From an uncultured virus (IMG/VR IMGVR_UViG_3300012920_000026) (lineage: Duplodnaviria; Heunggongvirae; Uroviricota; Caudoviricetes), in IMG/VR virus record IMGVR_UViG_3300012920_000026, positions 1-64,000 of that record: 64,000 nucleotides of DNA; one strand, given 5' to 3'. Positions within the stretch are counted from its first letter, which is position 1, and every line of letters begins with the position of its first letter. Of the stretch, positions 58,573 to 64,000 are shown piece after piece. The position numbers were made by a program, and so were the translations under genes. The notes beneath the pieces are model-generated. The model saw nothing but the letters and a program-made list of their open reading frames with translations, was not told where the DNA came from and made no database searches.

Positions 58573-59439
58573 TTAATTTATTAATTGACTTATTATTTTA
58601 GATATGTCTCCACCTGAAAAAGTTGATCCGCCACCACCAAGTGCTTCATTACATAAACCTTGTTCGGTTTTAGCTATGGAATATGCCCTACTACCACCAA
58701 TTATTGGATTATAACGTTTAGACATGTTATTTATATATTCTAATACTAAATCTCTTGTACCTTTCCTAATTTTTTCTCCACTATCATCATACATTGACTC
58801 TAAAAATACTTGACCATATTTCATATTATCTACATCAGTTATTGGGGCTTGCCACCTAAACCATTTTATTTTTTGAGTAATACCAGCAAGTTTATTTCCT
58901 AAAACATGTTTTTCAATACATCCAGTACATGTTCTATCCCAATGGGTATTCATAGTTTCTTCAAATACTGTTTTATCACTTAAATCTATAGGTGTACCTA
59001 AAGTAGTATAAAATGTTACATATTTATTTGCCCAAATTGAGACATTACTAATTTTTATTACAGTTGTTGCGGCGACATTGTTAGTGTTTCTAGCCTTTAA
59101 AAAACAAACACCACCATCACTTTTTATCGACCAAGAAGTATTAGGTTTAATATCATCACTAAATTCAGACCATGCTTTAGATATAACGGGTTGTTGCATA
59201 CACAAAGATAATGCAGAATTTAGGTTAGGATTATCCGTTAACTTATTGTTAACAAAAAGTTGTGCTTCATCAAAATCAATTATGTCACCAGATGCAGAAA
59301 ATTCGGTAGCATCTATTTGTCCATCACTATTAGTATCAGGATTAATAACTGATTGTTCATTTATGATGTTACCATAAAGTCTTTCTTCACTAAATAAAGA
59401 CTTTATTCTCTTTATTTGTTTATTTAAATTATTTTCCAT
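58573..59439 (-). CDS. hypothetical protein with RIKSLF..LYGN..INE leader and EF-hand-like loop
   Basis: Leader shared with 62946..63383; DTNSDGQIDATE resembles an EF-hand Ca-binding loop. Confidence 0.65.
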   Translation of the reverse strand: MENNLNKQIKRIKSLFSEERLYGNIINEQSVINPDTNSDGQIDATEFSASGDIIDFDEAQLFVNNKLTDNPNLNSALSLCMQQPVISKAWSEFSDDIKPNTSWSIKSDGGVCFLKARNTNNVAATTVIKISNVSIWANKYVTFYTTLGTPIDLSDKTVFEETMNTHWDRTCTGCIEKHVLGNKLAGITQKIKWFRWQAPITDVDNMKYGQVFLESMYDDSGEKIRKGTRDLVLEYINNMSKRYNPIIGGSRAYSIAKTEQGLCNEALGGGGSTFSGGDISKIISQLIN

Positions 59440-59460
59440 AATAATAAATATCTTTATTTT

Positions 59461-62289
59461 TTAATAAATACTCATAATATCGTTATAGTCAACAAAACTG
59501 TCTATTTTATCTTTTTCTTCATCCGTAACTTGATTCTCAATCTTTTTTGATTCTTTTTCAAGTAGTTCTAATAATTCATTATTTTTACTTTCTTTCTCAG
59601 CAATATTTAAAATATTATTATAACTATCGGTAATATATTTTTTAATTTCTTCTTTGGTGTTACCATTCTTCACCATATTTTTCTCTTGTCTATCAATATC
59701 ATCTATCTCCATTAATAATATTTCTAGTATGTCATTATCAGTAATAGATTTAACACCATTAAAAACAATATCTTTTATATTTTTATCTATATTAATACCA
59801 TATTTTATTAATAGTTTACTTATATAAGGGGCGGATATATTAATTGCATTAGCAAAATAATGGTATTCATCCATATCATCAAAAAGTTCTGCAATTTTTT
59901 TAGAGGATGCATCGTTTGGGTTCGCATCAATTGTTATACCTACCCATTTATCTACCGGTAAACCAGTTAATCTAGTTAAATCTCCCACTGCTTCAGCTAA
60001 CCATTCTGCAATATCCTTACTTTTAGCTTGAAGTGTACCAAAAATAGTTGCTTGTATAAATGCTTGTTTAGTATTATATCTAATTGAGTATTTTCTTAAA
60101 ACTTTATTAACGTTGTAATCTAATTTTTCAATATCTTTTGCAAATTTAGTTAGTTTATTAGGATCTTTCTTTAATTTACTTAATAATTTATCAAATGCTT
60201 CTTTTTCTACTTTATTTAATTTAGACAGTCCATTCGCTATTTTTGCGTAATCATCTACTATTGCTTTATCCATTTTAACAAATGCGTCTAAAACATCATC
60301 TAGTTGTTGTAAATCAGCGGCAGACAAATCATCTAGTGTCTCCCTCATAACTTTCTTCCATTTTTCTGCAGCTTTTGCTTTAGTTAATCCTTTAAATTCA
60401 GCCCCACCTAATTCTTTTACTGATTTTCCTAATGCCTTTGCCCATTTTGCACTTGTGTAACCACCTTTTAAAGCGTTTTTACTATATTTTAATGCTTCTA
60501 CGCCAGTAAATAACGCACCTAATAGTGTTAAAGATGCATCTATTTGCCAACCTTCTTTACCTTCTACCATATAAGATGTTGCGTTTGCTAAATCTATTGC
60601 CGCTGATAATGCCACATTTAATCCTGGAACCGGAATAAATAAAACCGCAATAGAAGCTATATCTGCAACACAGTGGTAATCACCAATACAATCTTCCGCC
60701 CAGTCAGTAAACTTTTCCCATCCACTTCTTATATCATTAGTTTTTACTCCATTTTGTACAATAGCAGACATATTATATTTAAATTCACCTACTTCTAGTG
60801 GTTTTTCAGGGTTATGTACACAACCACAAGACCCTAAATTCTTACCACCAGAGTAAAACCAAGTACCACCTAAATTATAATCGTCACATATTTCAAAAAA
60901 TGTTTCTTCACCCCCATTGTTTAGTTCATCCATTGCACCATATAACCAATCGTGTAAAAAAGGTATTTCCATACCTATACCCTTACTTGCATCTCTAACA
61001 TTTTGTAATTCTGGTGATATGGCTCTTGATGAGGATATGGGTTTACTACAAAATTCTCTATATTTAGTGTCACTTTGACTTTGGAATCTTTTATTATGTT
61101 CTGTTGCTGCCTCAATTATATGTAACCACAAATCTAATATGTTTTCTGCATTACTTTTTTCATCCATAACTCTAGAGGTTAAGTCTTTCATCTTAAACGG
61201 TGTAGGTTTTGGTGGCGGTGGTTTAATCAGACCTTTAATATCATACCAATAAGATGCACCATAAAGACTCCACGCCTTCTTAGTTCGTGGACCAAAATTA
61301 CCATAACCAGGAATTTTTTTATTTAATGGTTCACCGCTACCAGTCCATTTAGGATAATTTTTATCCAACCAATCTTGAAATTTTTTAATATTTTCAATTT
61401 TACTAAGTTTTTGTGGTATTTTAATTTCACCTATTTTATCATTTAAATTTTGTATTGTTTGTACATGATTAATAATATTATTCTCTTCTACATCACTATT
61501 GTATATATCATTACTATTATATTCGGTATAAAGTGGATTTAAATTTAAATAAGAATTATCAACTCTAGTGGTGGAAGCAACATTACTCAAATTATTTCTT
61601 TCCCAATTCAAATATTGTGCATTTGTTTGTGCATCTTTTACATCTTGAATTACACCCATAAGTTCGTCATACTTTTTACCGTATATTTTATACCACTCAT
61701 CCCATTCTTTGTTCCAGTTTCTAACTTTTTTATTGTACTCTTCTTTTAATTCTTTTTGTTTTTTTATAAATAAACTTTGTTTAAGTTGTGTACGAAAATC
61801 ATCTTCAAGTCGGTTTAGTAAGTTAAAATAATCTTTTATTAGTCCCTCAGTATAAAATAAGTTAGTATTTTCTATACCAACACCTTGAGTATCATATGGG
61901 CTATTAAACCATTTAGATATTGTATCTAAACCATAATTATCAATTATTTCTGCATTTAAGTTCAAAACTTTACCCGTCCAATCTCCTAATACTTTTAATT
62001 TATTCCATTCACTAGCCACGCTATTATATGTCCGTATATTTTTATTTATTTTATCGTCATCCCAAAATTTAAATGCTAATTTTAAACGATCACTACTACT
62101 TTTTATATCGTTTTTGGGATTTATACTAAAATTCATAGACTCCGGTGCCTTACTTTTAGAAATCCAAGTATTTGGTTCAGGACTATAAATAGCAGCACCA
62201 CTTATACCATCCACTTTTTGTTCAAAAATATTTAATATATCTTTATTAAAAAGTTGTTGGTATTGGACTTCTGAAATAATTATTTTCAT
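59461..62289 (-). CDS. large hypothetical protein with PG-binding-like motif and hydrophobic hairpin (candidate ejection protein)
   Basis: MKIIISEVQY leader; IKKFQDWL...GNFGPRTKKAW; hydrophobic VADIASIAVLFIPVPGLNVALSAAIDLANA and ASLTLLGALFTGV. Confidence 0.6.
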   Translation of the reverse strand: MKIIISEVQYQQLFNKDILNIFEQKVDGISGAAIYSPEPNTWISKSKAPESMNFSINPKNDIKSSSDRLKLAFKFWDDDKINKNIRTYNSVASEWNKLKVLGDWTGKVLNLNAEIIDNYGLDTISKWFNSPYDTQGVGIENTNLFYTEGLIKDYFNLLNRLEDDFRTQLKQSLFIKKQKELKEEYNKKVRNWNKEWDEWYKIYGKKYDELMGVIQDVKDAQTNAQYLNWERNNLSNVASTTRVDNSYLNLNPLYTEYNSNDIYNSDVEENNIINHVQTIQNLNDKIGEIKIPQKLSKIENIKKFQDWLDKNYPKWTGSGEPLNKKIPGYGNFGPRTKKAWSLYGASYWYDIKGLIKPPPPKPTPFKMKDLTSRVMDEKSNAENILDLWLHIIEAATEHNKRFQSQSDTKYREFCSKPISSSRAISPELQNVRDASKGIGMEIPFLHDWLYGAMDELNNGGEETFFEICDDYNLGGTWFYSGGKNLGSCGCVHNPEKPLEVGEFKYNMSAIVQNGVKTNDIRSGWEKFTDWAEDCIGDYHCVADIASIAVLFIPVPGLNVALSAAIDLANATSYMVEGKEGWQIDASLTLLGALFTGVEALKYSKNALKGGYTSAKWAKALGKSVKELGGAEFKGLTKAKAAEKWKKVMRETLDDLSAADLQQLDDVLDAFVKMDKAIVDDYAKIANGLSKLNKVEKEAFDKLLSKLKKDPNKLTKFAKDIEKLDYNVNKVLRKYSIRYNTKQAFIQATIFGTLQAKSKDIAEWLAEAVGDLTRLTGLPVDKWVGITIDANPNDASSKKIAELFDDMDEYHYFANAINISAPYISKLLIKYGINIDKNIKDIVFNGVKSITDNDILEILLMEIDDIDRQEKNMVKNGNTKEEIKKYITDSYNNILNIAEKESKNNELLELLEKESKKIENQVTDEEKDKIDSFVDYNDIMSIY

Positions 62290-62324
62290 ATTTATGGATT
62301 TATATATAAATAGTTAATTGCAAT

Positions 62325-62349
62325 AAAAAAGTCGCATAAAGCGACTTTT
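62325..62349. terminator. intrinsic terminator after the tail tube gene
   Basis: aaaaaagtcgc-ataaa-gcgactttt. Confidence 0.85.
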
Positions 62350-62372
62350 AATATTATATATGTTAGTTTGAT

Positions 62373-62861
62373 TTAGAATACGTTAATCGCTCTATCAAAT
62401 CTTAAAGTACATGTAATGTCTGCTAAGTCAGAAGAACTATAATCTAAACCACCAAAGTCAGCGTCATTTAATTGAGTTCCTTCTAAAATCCATTTTTGTA
62501 CCACTACACCTGTTGGATCTAACATTTCTAATTCTACATTCTTTTTGTATCCTGCTGCGTATCCTTGTCTACCAGTTACAGATTCAGAGTGTAATCTTAC
62601 CCATTCCATTAATGCTTGTGTAGCAGAAGGACCAATAGGGTCTCTAAAAGTTACAGAGATAGTTTCCCATCTAAATCTACCAATAACATAAGTTTCAGTG
62701 TTTAAAAATGGTATTGATACTTCATCACTAGTGTATTTAGGTCTACTTGCAGTAGAAATCCACCATTCTTGAATACCTAAATCATCAGGAAATCTAAGAA
62801 TCCATCTATTCTTTCTTAATGGTTCATAAGGAACCGGCATTCTCATTAATAAATCTGCCAT
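62373..62861 (-). CDS. tail tube protein (T4 gp19-like)
   Basis: EPLRKNRW, SRP, GRFRWETISVTFRD, LMEW, YKKN..LEMLDPTG.VV.KW, LDY, TLRFD. Confidence 0.9.
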   Translation of the reverse strand: MADLLMRMPVPYEPLRKNRWILRFPDDLGIQEWWISTASRPKYTSDEVSIPFLNTETYVIGRFRWETISVTFRDPIGPSATQALMEWVRLHSESVTGRQGYAAGYKKNVELEMLDPTGVVVQKWILEGTQLNDADFGGLDYSSSDLADITCTLRFDRAINVF

Positions 62862-62945
62862 AATTTCTTTTTTTTATCGTTGTTTTTTATTCTTTATTAA
62901 TAAATATCTAAAATTTAAAAAAATATAAATCTTTAATGTTTTTTA

Positions 62946-63383
62946 TTATCTTTCTAATTGTGAAGTAGGTTTATCTTGTGCCCTTTCGTCTTCTCTATTA
63001 GAACTAACAGAAAAATCTAAATCTTCTATAATAATCTCATTAGTCTCAATAGTCATTTTATAAGTATCTATCGCATCTCCCACATGAAGAGTTAATCTAT
63101 CATATGCGTCATTACTCATTTTAGATTTATTTGATTTATCTATTATTTTTTCAACTTCTTTAATTGTTTCTTCTAATTCTTCGTTAAGTTCTTTTAATGC
63201 ACCAGATAATTCATAAGCATATTTAGTATAACTATATCCAGTACCCCTAAACATTCCACCAATACCTTTTAATGTAGATTTTAAACCTTCATTAATTGGT
63301 TCGGTAGGTGTATTACCATATAAATTATTATCATTAAATAATGATTTAATTCTTTCTAACTCTTCTCTAATGTTTTTTTTCAT
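62946..63383 (-). CDS. hypothetical helical protein with RIKSLF..LYGN..INE leader
   Basis: 145-aa ORF; leader shared with 58573..59439. Confidence 0.7.
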   Translation of the reverse strand: MKKNIREELERIKSLFNDNNLYGNTPTEPINEGLKSTLKGIGGMFRGTGYSYTKYAYELSGALKELNEELEETIKEVEKIIDKSNKSKMSNDAYDRLTLHVGDAIDTYKMTIETNEIIIEDLDFSVSSNREDERAQDKPTSQLER

Positions 63384-63393
63384 ATTTCATATT

Positions 63394-63861
63394 TTACCAA
63401 CCAAAAATTCCATCAACATCTATTTCTGGATCAACAATATAATCAGATGATCTACCATCTTTAGAAGATAATGTTAAAAGACATTCGTGTTGAAAAGTAT
63501 CATCTATCTCATTTACTATTTTATCCAACCAATCTTTTATATCTAAATAATACGTATTATTATCACTTAATGTATTTTTTAGATGTGTAAAAATCATATT
63601 TTTATATGCTTTTGCGGCATTTTTTTCATTATCATCCAAACCATTAAATCTAGAAAAGAAGTCAACATAATTAGTACCTGTGCTATCATTTGTTTTTTCT
63701 GGGTCATCAAAAATATTACTACTACCTTCCCACCATTTTTCTACTTCTTTACAGAATTTAATCGCTTCATCATAGTCTTCATCCGTAGATGTGTTTTCAT
63801 TTAATATTCTTTTATTTGCCTCTAGAATAAAATGTCTTTTCATTTTTTCAATTCTTCCCAT
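63394..63861 (-). CDS. hypothetical acidic protein with basic leader ending ILNE
   Basis: 155-aa ORF; TATTTATA at 63877-63884. Confidence 0.7.
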   Translation of the reverse strand: MGRIEKMKRHFILEANKRILNENTSTDEDYDEAIKFCKEVEKWWEGSSNIFDDPEKTNDSTGTNYVDFFSRFNGLDDNEKNAAKAYKNMIFTHLKNTLSDNNTYYLDIKDWLDKIVNEIDDTFQHECLLTLSSKDGRSSDYIVDPEIDVDGIFGW

Positions 63862-63904
63862 AACTTCTATTTTTTATATAAATATTAAAAAAATAAATAA
63901 AACA

Positions 63905-64000
63905 TCATTTTTTAATAATAATTCTTTTTTTCTTTGGGTTATTTGGGTCTGAAGTATCATAAACTAAAAATTTAACATCAGGATATATTTTTTTTAATTT
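63905..64000 (-). CDS. 3' end of a gene truncated by the window edge
   Basis: Open frame KLKKIYPDVKFLVYDTSDPNNPKKKRIIIKK* ending with TGA at 63905-63907. Confidence 0.55.
   Translation of the reverse strand, partial: KLKKIYPDVKFLVYDTSDPNNPKKKRIIIKK

Noticed and set aside
30914..62861. Bacterial contractile injection system or prophage instead of a lytic phage
   Set aside because: The tail genes are interleaved with a T4-like replication set and tRNAs, with no host housekeeping genes or integrase in the window.
14135..63804. Numerous short plus-strand ORFs of 60-150 aa
   Set aside because: All lie opposite long minus-strand genes and have the S/L/F/I-rich composition typical of antisense frames.
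3871..63884. Reading plus-strand TATAAATA as canonical T4 late promoters
   Set aside because: In that orientation they would fire away from the adjacent genes, antisense into upstream ORFs; their position fits TATTTATA on the coding strand.
1..64000. Stop-codon reassignment, as seen in some large phages
   Set aside because: Genes are long and unbroken in code 11; TAA, TAG and TGA all end well-tiled genes; no suppressor tRNA in the window.

Overview
This 64 kb window is AT-rich and densely coding, and almost all genes lie on the minus strand. It looks like part of a large T4-like myovirus (jumbo-phage-type) genome in genetic code 11. The host is probably a Bacteroidota bacterium: there are eight TTTG-N20-TAnnTTT(G/A) promoters, A-rich translation starts without Shine-Dalgarno sequences, an SSB ending in DDLPF, and a Flavobacteria-like beta-propeller in a virion gene. 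Left to right: a 5'-truncated modular protein (+ strand), tRNA-Arg(TCT) and tRNA-Leu(TAA), several micro-ORFs, a cyclic-phosphate receiver-like protein, a GIY-YIG nuclease, primase and a RuvC-like resolvase. Next is a ~28 kb baseplate/tail-fibre block (including 2765 aa and 1547 aa Cys-rich proteins and gp6-like and gp25-like wedges), then a replication block (class II RNR, helicase, 5'-3' exonuclease, RecA/UvsX, SSB). A second tail block follows (hub with a degenerate GH19-like domain, gp53/LysM-like protein, tube initiator with an OmpA-like insert, tape measure, gp26-like chaperone), then large orphan proteins and the tail tube. The most interesting signals are: (1) shared short basic leader motifs ending in (I/L)-x-E on unrelated late proteins, and repeated inside a polyprotein, suggesting a capsid-cargo addressing/processing system; (2) a probable +1 programmed frameshift in the tail chaperone; (3) promoters placed for leaderless translation; (4) host-envelope-type domains inserted into baseplate proteins. 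All family assignments come from motif recognition by eye; no searches were run.
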